From: Eremomyces bilateralis CBS 781.70
Taxonomy: Eukaryota
Length of the DNA stretch: 20,000 bases
Reading direction: 5' to 3' (one strand)
Assembly: GCA_010015585.1 (NCBI GenBank)
Contig: ML975170.1
A model generated the notes under the pieces. That model worked only from the letters and a program-made list of their open reading frames with translations. It was not told the origin of the DNA and made no database searches. This document shows positions 1 through 11,271 of this stretch, one piece after another. The number at the start of each line of letters is the position of its first letter. Position 1 is the stretch's first letter. The position numbers were made by a program, and so were the translations under genes.

Positions 1-1517
1 CCACTCATCTTGACGGAATGAAGGTGGGAATTAGGTCGAAATATGAAGCCAAACAAAGGTTGATGAAGATAGAAAAATGACTAGTCGACGATAGACTGTA
101 AGAGGAATAGAACGAAAATTCTCAACGCGATAAACTAAAGGAAACAATAGACAAAGGGAAGGGAAATTCGATGAAGATATTTGTACCAGACTCGAATATA
201 ATGGATAGCCCGATTCGTCCGTAAGCCAGAGAACCGGGTCGCAAACCGCCCGTCCCCAGTCCGCATTGCCAGCCAGCGACCTGTTCATTCTCCATGCCCT
301 TCTCTTTATGGATGGTAAGTACGCGATACAGCCCATCCGCCCCTAGTTCCCCCATGCATGACGATCTTTGGGGGCGGAATACAAAAACAGTTTTCTATAC
401 TTCAAACGTGTCAAATAGCACTGCGCCTCGATAGCGAGCCATTAGTGAGAGGACGACACTTTTCGCCAGCATCAAGGTGGGTACATAGTAGTAGGTACAT
501 ACATCTCGTAAACATTTCCTGATCCGGACCATCATTGCAGCAATGGAACGACCGTGTCTATGTCAGATTTGTCAAGGCTCCGGCCCATGCACTGTGCCGG
601 AACCCCACTTATGGGTTAGCAGCCCTATCCACTATCCAGTCCTGTGGGCTCAGAGGTTATTAATATTTTACCTACTCCATAATGCGAGAACATGAGATGA
701 ATTGCTGCGCCCTGAGAATGGAAGATTTGGGAATGGGCAATCTTGGGAACTCTCGCGAATGAAGATTGAGCCTGTCCCCTTATTCCACGCGTCTAGTCAG
801 TCGGAGTCGGAACAATTAATTCTTCGAACCGCGAAAGCCGCTCTGATTGGCTTCTCGTTGGCCTACGCGTCCGTCTTCGTCACCCCCGTCCTCGTCAGAG
901 AGAGTCGTCGCACGAGATTAGGGGATGTGATTCAGCCCCAGCGACGGTTTCACGCTTCGACCGTTCTGTAAAGAATCAGGATTCAGGAATTCGGGATGGT
1001 AACTGCTGTTGCTCTAGTAGGAATCCTGGTCTCTCAATCAACACCGCATTTGGACTAGGCTCGCTGCCACGCTGTCGCATCATCGCACGTTCTCATCAAT
1101 GATCAATGGGCTATGCGGACTACCCGTAGGTACGCCCCAAATCCCTAATTATAGGACCAGGAACTGGTAGTTACTCATAATTAGTAGTAAGGTATCCGAA
1201 GTGCCAGTCCTACACAGGCATCAACCTGGATACGGTAGTCAAGCAGCAAGCTTCTTTGGCTTCAATGATTTCGGAGCTTCTCCCTAGCGGCCTAGCCATC
1301 ATTTCGGCCCGTGTTGCGTATCACAGATCGGGAGTCGGGAGTCGGACGTCCGTGCTAAGGAAAAATAAGGCCGAAGCCGAGGTATTGCCAACGATGTGAA
1401 CTTCGAGGCTGTGGTGACAATCGATGATAGAAGGAATCTACACGGTTTAAAATTAGATCACTGGGAACAATTCTCTGCCGTGGAGACCATTGCAACTCGA
1501 ATCTCTGATCCGCAACA

Positions 1518-2381
1518 ATGGCAGATCAAAGCAAGAAGGATGAAGTTCGAGCGCGATCAATCGCTGGTGTGCAGGCGATTTTCGACCGGTACAGTTCAAT
1601 AAGCTATTCTAAGCTAAGGAAAGTCTGACCGAAGATAGATATCATCTATTAGAAAAGGAAAGACCTGGTGGTCATCGAGTAAAGAATTCATTTGTTCTCG
1701 CTTCGATACACGCTGACATAATGTAGGATTTCGATTTCGATATCATGAATACGGCCAAGATCCTCGATGCTGGCCCAGAAGGATGGGTTCTTTTTGAACT
1801 GAAGATCATGGACAATTGGTCGAACTTAAACAGTAGGAGGGTTCGGAATTGTTGGAGGGTTCCACTAACGCCTACAGATGTGATGCATGGGGGAGCCTAT
1901 GGCGTAATCTTCGGTCTGCTGCAACCCAGTTTGCTTTTGACCAACCCTTCCTAACTTTTTACAGATATGTGCACTACAACTGCTTTAGGGCCTCTCGCCC
2001 GCCCCGGATATTGGGAGTAAGTGCGCCCGTATCCATATTCTCGCAAGCCAATCCTTATTATCCCTCAGCTTCCTCGGTGGTGTAACCCGGTCTCTCAACA
2101 TATCGTACCTCAGAGGCGTCCCATTGAAGTCGACGGTGAGGATACGGTCATGGGTTGTGCAGTACGGGAGAACGATGGCAATGATACGTTCGGAGATGAC
2201 GTCGGAGGATGGCAAGACCGTCTACGCCACCTGTGAGCATCATAAGGTGAACGTGGCGACGCCACCAGACCACATGGCCGTCCGGATCCCGTGGGATGAT
2301 GAGATCGAGCGCATCCACCAGGCGGAGCAGGAAGCAAAGAAAACAAGGAATGGAAAAGCCGGGGAGAAGGGGAAGTTATAG
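1518..2381 (+). CDS. PaaI/ACOT13(THEM2)-like hotdog-fold acyl-CoA thioesterase, 6 exons, ~205 aa
   Basis: Manual splicing gives exons 1518-1588, 1639-1678, 1727-1832, 1878-1913, 1965-2016 and 2069-2381. All introns are GT..AG, most with a CTRAC branch, and the total is 618 nt in frame. Protein MADQSKKDEV...WSNLNNVMHGGAYGVIFDMCTT...GGVTRSLNISYLRGVP...YATCEHHKVNV carries the N-x-HGG-x6-D hotdog thioesterase motif. Confidence 0.88.
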
Positions 2382-2449
2382 TACCGCCAGGGTGCAAATC
2401 GATGGAGACGCTATTGCTAAGATGATGAAGTTTGTGAGCCGATGGGCCG

Positions 2450-3825
2450 TCATTTGAGGGCTCGAGCGGCGATATCTCGGCGGTATTGCATTCCATCAAA
2501 GTGAATGCAGTTTACACCATGATATGCAGCCTTTACAGCGTCTTGAAGTGTGCTGGCTGAGGCAGAGGATGCGATGACTCGTCCGCCCGCGGTCTTCAAC
2601 TTGTCCATGGTGGATGTACCAGCATGAAACAGAACAATTCCTATAAAAAGTCAAAAGTAGAACAAGATACAAAGGGGTTCAAATTACCATCTGGTGTTGC
2701 ATCGAGCTGCATGTCGATTCCTTTTTTATATGGTCCTGGATACCCTCCAGCAGCGACGACAACCGTGGCGGCAAAATTTGACGAGAAGGTAGCATTGACG
2801 GACTCCAGCGAACCGTTTGCGCATGCCACAATGATTTCCGCAAGGTCGGAATCAAGCAACATCAGTACGCTCTGCGTCTCGGGATCGCCAAATCGCACAT
2901 TATACTCGAGAACTTTCGGGCCATTCTTTGTAAGCATAAGACCGGTGAAGAGGCACCCGATCATCGGATGACCTAGAGAAGGGTCAGTTTCTCATCGCCT
3001 TATGTGATCCAACCAATACTCACCCGATTCCTTCATGGCCCTGATGGTTGGGTCCAGCACTTCTTTCTCGATTTGCTTCATCATTTCCCCGGTACATACC
3101 GGTGCTGGAGCGTACGTTCCCATTCCACCGGTATTTGGGCCAATATCCCCGTCGCCAATCCGCTTGTGATCTTGAGCGGGTGGGCAATTGACCATCCTCG
3201 ACCCATCACATAAGCTCAGGATGGAAATCTCGTCGCCTTCCAAAAATTCTTCGATGACCACTTCATCTCCTGCCGACCCAAACTCTTTGTCAACCATGAT
3301 CTCTCTGAGTGCCGCTTGCGCCTCCTCTTTGCTAGTCGGGATGATCACACCCTTTCCAGCTGCGAGTCCACTGGCTTTGATGACGACCGGATGAGAGACA
3401 GAATCCAGGTACTTCCTCGCAGCATCATAGTCCTTGAAATTCTCATAGGCCGCGGTAGGGATGGCGTTATGCTTCATAAAGTCCTTGGAAAACGCCTTCG
3501 AACCTTCCAACTGTGCCGCCGCTTTCGATGGACCAAAGCAAAGCACCAATGGCGCATGCACCTTGAAATAGTCGGTAACTCCAGCGACCAATGGAGCCTC
3601 CGGTCCAGGAACGACGAGATTGACGTCCCGAGTATGTGCTGCAGAGAGAAGCGAAGGGAAATCTTCACCGGAGATGGGGAGATTCTCGCATTTGGGGACG
3701 GACGCAGTCCCACCATTGCCCGGAGCGCAGTAGATATTCGATACCAACGGGGACTGGGCAAGTTTCCACGCCAAAGCGTGCTCACGGCCTCCATTGCCAA
3801 TGAGGAGAACACGGTACTCGGCCAT
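2450..3825 (-). CDS. ADE5: Phosphoribosylamine--glycine ligase (GARS, PurD-like; ADE5 domain only), 3 exons, 425 aa
   Basis: Exons 3825-3024, 2972-2688 and 2640-2450. Introns are GTGAGT..CTGAC..CTAG and GTAATT..ATAG. Motifs: GNGGREHALAWKL, PGNGG, LEGSKAFSKDFM, VIKASGLAAGKGV, QDHKR..GPNTGGMG, LEYNVRFGDPETQ, LFHAGT..TAGGRV. The protein ends YRRDIAARALK-TGA. Confidence 0.95.
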
Positions 3826-3881
3826 ATTGAGGATGTGAGTTGGAGAAGGACGATTCCAATATCAATTCGAATAACCCGAGT

Positions 3882-4193
3882 TGACTCGATTTAATTGCAA
3901 GAGGCTTGGATAAGACAAGGAAACTTTTTGATACTGTGACGAATCTCGATCAATGCGAAAGCGGCGGTAAAATTGCAGGGATCAATCGTATCAACCAATC
4001 AGCAGCGTTTTTGTCCCACCTCCAGACATCCACTCTGTCCATTTGATTTTGATATTATTTCACGAAACTGGAGTAGTTGCCCATGGATTGATGGGCTCAG
4101 TTGGACGGAGTGATCATTGGACAATACGCATACATGATATATTATAGGTGTTGGCATTGCTGGTGGATTGGAGAACCGAGAAACGTGACGTCA
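3882..4193. promoter_or_regulatory. Candidate sites in the divergent GARS/MFS promoter: TGACTC (3882-3887), CCAAT (3995-3999) and CRE palindrome TGACGTCA (4186-4193)
   Basis: The motifs are present in the 613-bp intergenic region. TGACTC is the Bas1/Gcn4 core found in yeast ADE promoters and TGACGTCA is the ATF/CREB consensus. Short motifs can occur by chance. Confidence 0.3.
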
Positions 4194-4438
4194 ACTGACG
4201 AGGACAGGGGTCGAAAGCATATTTTTAGTCGTCAATCAACGAAGAGAACGTTGTATCAGGCCCAGGGGACCTTTGTATCAGGTCTGATCCATTCTAACAA
4301 GATGCGACTGTGGCCTGGTGCCCTTCATCAATTTCAAATGTAGCCCATTTGATGTAGCTATCATTATCCCCTTCATACAACGATAGTCCCTACGTACTTA
4401 GTCCCTGTACCGCTTTCTACCTCCATCCTGCGTACGAC

Positions 4439-5894
4439 ATGGCGGAGCTTTCGTCGCGCCAACAGCTCCGTCGACGGGTGCTTCGAGTCCTCTTCATCTC
4501 TCTTCTCCTTGACCTCGTATGTATAGTTCCGTCGTAACCGATCATCGCTTAACAAGTTTCCAGATATCTTTCACCTTTATTCTCCCCCTCTTCCCCAAAC
4601 TCATCGAATTCTACCGCGACCTCGACTCCCGCGCCTCCAACGGTTCTCCCACTCTTCTCCAGAACATTCTCTCCGTCCTTCATCGGTACAAAAACTCTTT
4701 CGCCAAACCGATCAACTCCCGCTATGACATCGTCATCCTTGGTGGGGCTCTCGGCTCCCTCTTCTCCCTTTGCCAAGCCATCGCCTCCCCAATCATCGGT
4801 GCCCTCTCCGATAAATACGGTCGACGCACGGCTCTTCTCTGGGCGATGTGCGGAAACATTCTCTCCGTTGCGCTCTGGGTGGTAGCGGTGGATTTCCGGA
4901 CATTCCTGGCAAGTAGGGTCATCGGAGGGTTGAGCGAGGGCAATGTACAACTGGCGACGGCGATTGCAACGGACATTTCGAATGACGAGGAACGTGGCTC
5001 AACGATGGCTCTAGTGGGTGCATGTTTCAGCATTGCGTTCACGGTAGGGCCGTCGTTGGGTGCAGCGTTGAGTAATTTGGTATTTGTCAAGGCGAACCCG
5101 TTCGCAACGGCAGCAGGATTCAGTTTGGTATTGATCGTCACCGAGACCATTTATTTGTACTTCTGTCTTCCGGAGACCCACGACATCAAGAAATCCAAGG
5201 ATCAGGCGAGTGGGAATGGGAAGATCCAAGCCTCGAAGGCCTCGAATCCGAACGTCCGAACCAACTCGCATGTCTTGCTGAACTTGACTCATTTCACCTT
5301 CATCTTGTTCTTCTCGGGCATGGAGTTCTCGTTACCGTTTATGACTTATGATCTCTTTGGGTACTCTTCGGCGCGGAACGGAGGATTGTTGGGATTCATC
5401 GGTATCATTTCTAGCGTTCTACAGGGCGGCGTAACGCGCCGTATGCACCCTCTGCTCGTGGTTCGGATCGGAGTGGTCTGTTGCGCCCTAGCGTTCGTTT
5501 GGTTGGGAAAACTCAAGACGCAGGGAGAATTGTACGGTGCAGGAGCTCTGCTTGCTACTACAAGTGCAACGGTGGTGACGGGATTAAACAGCTTGAGCAG
5601 TTTTGAGGCTTCGGCTGGGGAGAGAGGTGGGAAATTGGGAAACCATCGGAGTTCTGGTACGTTCTTCCTTCGCATCGCGTCTCCAATTCATCTAATTGTT
5701 GTGTAGGCCAAATAGGACGCACGCTTGGTCCTTTGATTTTCTGTTCCTTATATTGGTGGGCAGGTCGAGAGGTTGCGTATACAGTTGGAGGTCTCGGGAT
5801 GGTTGGGGTGGCTTCGATGGTCTTTGGAGGTTTAAAGGCTCCTCCAGGAAGCATCCAACCCAAATCGATCAAGACCACGTCAAGCAAGAGATAA
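4439..5894 (+). CDS. Major facilitator superfamily transporter (MFSD10/TETRAN, tetracycline-transporter-like), 3 exons, ~452 aa
   Basis: Exons 4439-4516, 4564-5656 and 5707-5894, with introns GTATGT..CAG and GTACGT..CTAAT..TAG. The N-terminus is LFISLLLDLISFTFILPLFP. It carries MFS motif A GALSDKYGRR, then RVIGGLSEGNVQLATAIATD and a motif C-like FSIAFTVGPSLG, with multiple hydrophobic helices. Confidence 0.92.
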
Positions 5895-6107
5895 CAGGTT
5901 ACCCATAAAAGACGGAGATTAGCAACTCATGGATGACGTAGGGTGTATGTTCCGGTGGAAAAGGATGTATTCGGATGACATGGTACTGTACAAATATATC
6001 GAAACATGGATTCCCTTGATATATACCATCGAAGCACCAAGAGCTTCCCACAAATCCATGAACGCCTCGCAATGCATAAATCATCCAAATCCAGCCGACA
6101 CATTCGC

Positions 6108-6579
6108 TTATGCAGGCCCCTCGGGGGTGATCTTGGGCCTACGCTTCGTGAATCTCTTCGACTCTACTCCTCGTTAGTCCTGTCATATCGCCTTTCATCA
6201 ATCAGGACATACCAGCTGCAGTTCTCTTCTTCTTCGGTGCTCCTTTGCCTCTCGCTTTCAACCGTTCTATGTGTTCCAGTCTGTCCTGCTCCTCCTCGTC
6301 CTCAATCACGGCGCGAGGGAAGTCCTTCCGCAACTGTTGGATGGTACCGACTCGTGGAGGGTAATATGAAGCGAGTGCCGCTCCGCGGAGGCGCTGACGG
6401 AGAATTTTGGTACCAATGCGCAGGCGATTGGGATTGAACGTGGTGTTGAAGATGCGGCATTGGACCTGGATGAGTTAGCCCGTTCAATGATGCTGGGATG
6501 GATTGTTGCTCGAAGGTGCAGGCTTTGGATTCATACATACCCGCATTAGGTCCACGACCCGAGACCGAGCGATTGACAT
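6108..6579 (-). CDS. RSM27: Mitochondrial small-subunit ribosomal protein RSM27/mS33, 3 exons, 115 aa
   Basis: Exons 6579-6541, 6465-6213 and 6163-6108, both introns GTATGT..CTAAC..AG. Protein MSIARSRVVDLMRVQCRIFNTTFNPNRLRIGTKILRQRLRGAALASYYP...RLEHIERLKARGKGAPKKKRTAAESKRF matches the Rsm27 family pattern (IF...NP...R.G.KILR..L.G...YYP...RGKG.PKK). It is not represented in the ORF track. Confidence 0.88.
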
Positions 6580-7074
6580 GATCGATGTACAGTTCACCGT
6601 TGACGATTCAAAGCGTAGATTCGCTACTGTGTATGATGGCGAGGTCGAAGTTCGATCAGATCTGAGGGTTGCAGATGATGGGAAGTTTTGCTACAGGGAC
6701 ACCCCTGCCCCACATCTTCGACATGCGATATTTCATGGCCAATATCCCCGTGATGCAATTGTCGCCCTCCTCCACACAATCTACAGGCGATCTTGTGTTG
6801 GTGCAATGGGTCAAGGTAAGTTGATTTGCTTGAGATGAAAGTCCCGGTTTCTCTCTGTTCCGCTCCGTGTAGATGTCAGAGGCTAATCTATCCAGTATCT
6901 CGTGGAAATATTTCAAGACACTCGTGGAGACCGTGGAGACGCCGATTTGTTGGCATAGATAGCCGCTGAAGCTGCCGAAACCATTGACTGCATATCAGGC
7001 TACTGTGTGATATGGTTTATTCCAAAGGAGAGCCGTTCGCCGTACCACCAGGATACTTCGACCAGCACGCGAAA

Positions 7075-8261
7075 ATGGGCAGTCAAGATCAAGCAGTAGT
7101 ATCTGCCTCCCCCGAGATACCTACTACCGCGGCCGCTGCCGTGTTGAAGCCTTCCGAACCGATGGCTGCCGGAAGCAAAGTGGTTCGAGGAATCGATTTC
7201 GACAACTTCAAAGGCAGAGATGTTACCGTGGTTGATATTCTGGAGCATATGGATGTCATGGGATTCCAGGCCATGAACCTGGCAAAGTCGATCAAGATTA
7301 TAGATGAGATGGTATGTCGTCTGGTTGTTTGCAACATTGGACCCAGACCTTTCCACGATGATACTGACACATGTCATAGAGAGCCTGGCGCGATCCAGAG
7401 ACCGGCTCTCGAGCCACTATCTTCTTGGGCTACACTTCCAATATGATCAGCTCCGGTTTGCGCGAAACGTTCCGCTACCTTGTGCAGCACGGGCACGTTG
7501 ACGCCATCGTCACCTCTGCAGGGGGGATAGAAGAGGATTTCATCAAATGCCTTGGCGACACATACACTGGCAGCTTCGACGCGGACGGGACGAAATTACG
7601 TGCGGCAGGCATGAATCGTATCGGCAACTTGATCGTACCGAACGATAATTACTGCGCATTCGAGGACTGGGTCATCCCGGTGCTCGACCAAATGTACAAG
7701 GAACAGGAAGACACAAAAGGGACGGAGAACGAGATTAACTGGACGCCTAGCAAGATCATCGCCAGGCTAGGGAAAGAGATCAACGATGAGCGGAGCGTTT
7801 ATTACTGGGCTCAGAAGAACGGCATTCCTGTGTTCTGCCCTGCACTCACGGACGGGAGTCTTGGGGACATGCTATATTTCCACACCTTCCGAACGTCGCC
7901 CGGCCAATTGCGATGTGATATTGTCGAGGACATCCGCGCGGTTAACAGCATTGCTGTGCGTGCGAAGAAGGCCGGGATGATCATCCTGGGAGGTGGAGTT
8001 ATCAAGCACCATATTGCAAATGCGTGCTTGATGCGGAATGGGGCTGAGTGGGCGGTTTACGTCAATACCGCACAAGAGTTCGATGGGAGTGATGCAGGAG
8101 CACGACCGGAGGAGGCGATCAGCTGGGGGAAGATCAAGGCAGATGGAATGTCGGTAAAAGTGCATGCAGACGCAACGATAGTATTTCCGTTGATCGTGGC
8201 GGCAACTTTTGCGAAGAATGAAAAACCGAAGGAAGAGGCGAAGGAAGGCAGTGGAGTGTAA
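7075..8261 (+). CDS. DYS1: Deoxyhypusine synthase, 2 exons
   Basis: Exons 7075-7311 and 7380-8261, with intron GTATGT..CTGAC..TAG. Motifs: [81 protein letters not shown] (catalytic Lys). An in-frame upstream ATG exists at 7012. Confidence 0.96.
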
Positions 8262-8424
8262 AAATTCGATCTCTTGCATACTTGGAGTTCAGGGAAGCAT
8301 ACTGGATATGGCGTCCATTCATCTGGTCTCGTGCTGTACCAGCGAGGCATGGACAAAATGGGGTGATATTAGGAGCTAAAGTACAATGCTGGCTAACATG
8401 TATAAGCAAGTAGAGTTGTGGCCA

Positions 8425-8457
8425 GGTAGAATCGGGGTAGAATCCGGGTAGAATCTA
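8425..8457 (+). repeat. Short tandem repeat, 3 x 11 bp (GGTAGAATCNN)
   Basis: ggtagaatcgg ggtagaatccg ggtagaatcta lies in the DYS1/PHO88 convergent 3' region. Confidence 0.7.
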
Positions 8458-8511
8458 GGGCAAAACTCCAGTACCGATTGTTCAACGCACTGTATGCATA
8501 GCATTGACCAT

Positions 8512-9264
8512 TTACTCCTCCTTTGCACCACCACGTCCAGACTTCTCCGCCTGCTCAATGCTCTTCTTATCGGTCTTGATCTCTCCGCCAGCCGGCATTC
8601 CCATGAAGCCAGCGGCAGCCTTCCATGGGCGCTTCAAATCTCCACTCGCTGGGCGTCCGAGAACGTGGACCTTGACCAGGTTGCCTTCGAACAGGGCCTT
8701 CAAAGGGATGATGCTCTGGATGAGCAGCGGGTTGGTATATTTGAAGTAGATGTGCATCACGCCCATCATGCCGACACCCATGAGCTGGGACTTGAAGAGT
8801 TGGCGGAGTTGGCTATAGTCGTATGCTTGGATGGTCGTGGTGACAGCCTTCGGCTCCTCGGTGGAACCCATTGGTGCGGGCTCGACGTATTTGAGGACGG
8901 TGAGATCTAGACAAGGTCAGAGATTGTCCAGGAAGCGAGCGGGTAGCCGCTGAGGTCTTAACATACCCTTCTTCTTGTCTATCTGCAACTTCACGTAAAA
9001 GTATGCGCTGGCGATTATGACGTTCGAGAGGACATAGAGGCCGCGGATGAGGTTCAGGACATTAGGATCTTCGAAGGGAACCCTCTTGGACACCTGCATC
9101 ATAAATCTAGGGTCGCATCAGTATCTTCCCTCACACAGTTCGCGTCCTTCGCATTCTTCGGACATACAGTATGATGAGGACATTGGTACTGCGCAAGAGT
9201 TAGCTTAGTTCATGTGCGAAGGCATTCGGGTATCGTCAACAACTCACATTGCGGGATTGACCAT
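8512..9264 (-). CDS. PHO88: PHO88/SND3 (phosphate transport / SRP-independent ER targeting protein), 4 exons, 190 aa
   Basis: Exons 9264-9248, 9188-9168, 9106-8967 and 8906-8512, totalling 573 nt. Protein MVNPAITNVLIILFMMQVSKRVPFEDPNVL...KKKDLTVLKYVEPAPMG...YD...MHIYFKYTNPLLIQSIIP...GDLKRPWK...GGAKEE is characteristic of Pho88. Confidence 0.93.
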
Positions 9265-9886
9265 GGTGACGGTGTTTGGCTGGGCCGGATTTGAAGACTA
9301 AGTGTTGAAGGCTGGGAGATGGCAGAAGTTGATGTAGTAATAATCAAACTTAGATGAAGTACCACAGTACTGATGGAAATCAGGGCTTGGATGATGATAT
9401 GATTCAGAATGCTGGTTGCAGCGTGCAAGCGGGAAAAAAGATGGTCTCAAAAAGTTGATGGCGAAGCGGGAAAAAGAACACATCTCCGCCTCCAGTCCGC
9501 TGTCGCGATTCTCGGATCCCGTGGTTAGAGGAAGTGGAGCGGATGGGCGGACGGGGTGATCGGACTCCATTCATCGTTCTAGATGCTTCCTTTCTTCCTA
9601 CACACGTATTTACTACTTACCTTCATCTACGATATATAATTACTAATATACTAGATCCAAAGAATCCGGCCTCAAAGCAAAGAACAGTCGGGTATCAATC
9701 ATCCATGGACGTGCTTTCATGTTGACCAGAATGCCTGGAGATACCACTGCTTTTCCGCAATCCATCAAGGACAGCCATGCCTTCGAATCACCAGATAGCT
9801 AAAAGACATGTTCGATGAAGGATAATTCCACACTGCCGACCATTCCTTCCAGGAGTTCCGCACATCTTAGCACATGTTCCGTATCT

Positions 9887-10485
9887 TCAATTGCTCGACC
9901 GAAAGGCTCTGTCCAACCGAAGCGGAACTGTGTCAAGAGATAAAGAACCGGGTTGATCGTCTTCGCCAGTACCATCTACGTCGATACTAGCTATAAGTCT
10001 CGATCCAAATATCTCATACACCAATGTCGACGGGGTCGGGGACAGGATGGACCAGTATCGAACTGGCTTTGAGGATGACGGGTCCCGCATCAGTGCCAAC
10101 TCCAGTCCCAACCGATGGAAAGGAGCGTATGTGATACTTCTGCTCCTTTGCCCGCAGCCGCGATACTGGTACGAGTAGCAAATTCGACCCGATTTGTCTT
10201 TCGATATACCTGATATGCCCTCTCCTGCGAAGACGTAAGAGATGCGGGGAAACCGAAGTCATCGTGGCTCATAGCTGACATCAAATATATTATATAAACT
10301 GATGAATCCTTCATCAACACATTCAAGAGGCAAATACGGAGTAGATAATCCGTATTGGAAGTCATCGTGACCAACATTGGGATGGTTCGGCTGAAATCTG
10401 CCCTTTCGCCATTATTTCAGCGCTGGGAATATCTCTTACCTAAATCATCAAAACGGTCGCACACGCACGTCAACAACTCAACCAT
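9887..10485 (-). other. Possible degenerate or orphan gene
   Basis: One minus frame runs 10411-9887 (175 codons) with a single internal TGA at 10259-10261. A candidate first exon (ATG 10485, MVELLTCVCDRFDDL, followed by GTAAGA) lies upstream. No family was recognised. Confidence 0.2.
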
Positions 10486-11271
10486 GTTCAAGAACAATTG
10501 GATATTGATGCTTCGTATCGTGGATTCAATCTAGAATGTCACGACAGCCTAATGGATGCTTTACCTTGCACTGGACCTTCGGAATACGAGCTTCCCATAC
10601 AAGGGCAAAACCACATTCCCGAATCAGCTTGATGGGCGACTATCGGTGCCTCGGACGAGGTGGTCCAGAGTCATGCTATTTTTGCACAACTGTACTGCTT
10701 CCAAACGACAAACATCCCGGGTCCCAGATCGCAAAGATGTCAAGTCTAAACGAGCTGTCAGTTTGTCCAACACGAAGACATGCAGTCAAGATCGCCTTGG
10801 GGCGGAGGACCGGTCCATGTGTGGTGCTAAGTCTGACCTAATATGGGATTGTCAATTTTGCTTGTGCTACTGTCGACTTTGATTCCCATGTCCCTGGCAA
10901 CTAGTGCCTAAGAAACCGAACTAATAGTAACTATTATAATTTCGTCTATGGGGTAACAAGGGGAACCCTCCGTGGCCAGGTTTTGTTATCACGTTCCTAT
11001 TTCAATTCCGATCCTAACTTGTCGGACATCATGTCGTATTTCTCTTCGTTGCTTAGAATTCGGTGTCGACTGTCATCTAACTGCTGTCTGATTGTTCTAA
11101 TAACTGTGCAGTATTAGAATGAAGTTTATCCTTTCCAACCGCGCTACTCCCCACAGGTCCTCTTCATTCGGCATGATACAGACGCTTGGAACTTGCCCTT
11201 CGTATTGAGCGCATCTTGTCGTTCGTATTGAGCGGAAGGCTTGCATACCCGCCACCAGAACACGGAACGAG

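Noticed and set aside
1..1500. Short ORFs (31-336, 122-355, 702-971) and the small repeat GGGAGTC/GGAGTC near 1327-1345
   Set aside because: No recognisable protein features or supported splice model. It looks like intergenic or promoter sequence, and the repeat is too short to be significant.
2450..3825. Recent bacterial purD transfer or contamination
   Set aside because: The gene has two canonical spliceosomal introns and is embedded among fungal genes.
1518..5894. Thioesterase + ATP-grasp GARS + MFS transporter as a biosynthetic gene cluster
   Set aside because: There is no backbone synthase or cluster regulator in the window. The MFS looks like the conserved MFSD10 type and the neighbours are housekeeping genes. 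It would merit revisiting only if a fused ADE5,7 exists elsewhere.
3004..8910. Many antisense or alternate-frame ORFs (e.g. 3316-3894, 4722-5150, 6006-6437, 6503-6838, 8494-8910)
   Set aside because: They overlap well-supported genes or their promoters and show no family motifs, so they are shadow ORFs.
10259..10261. In-frame TGA as selenocysteine or readthrough
   Set aside because: There is no supporting homology or SECIS, and Dikarya are not known to use Sec.
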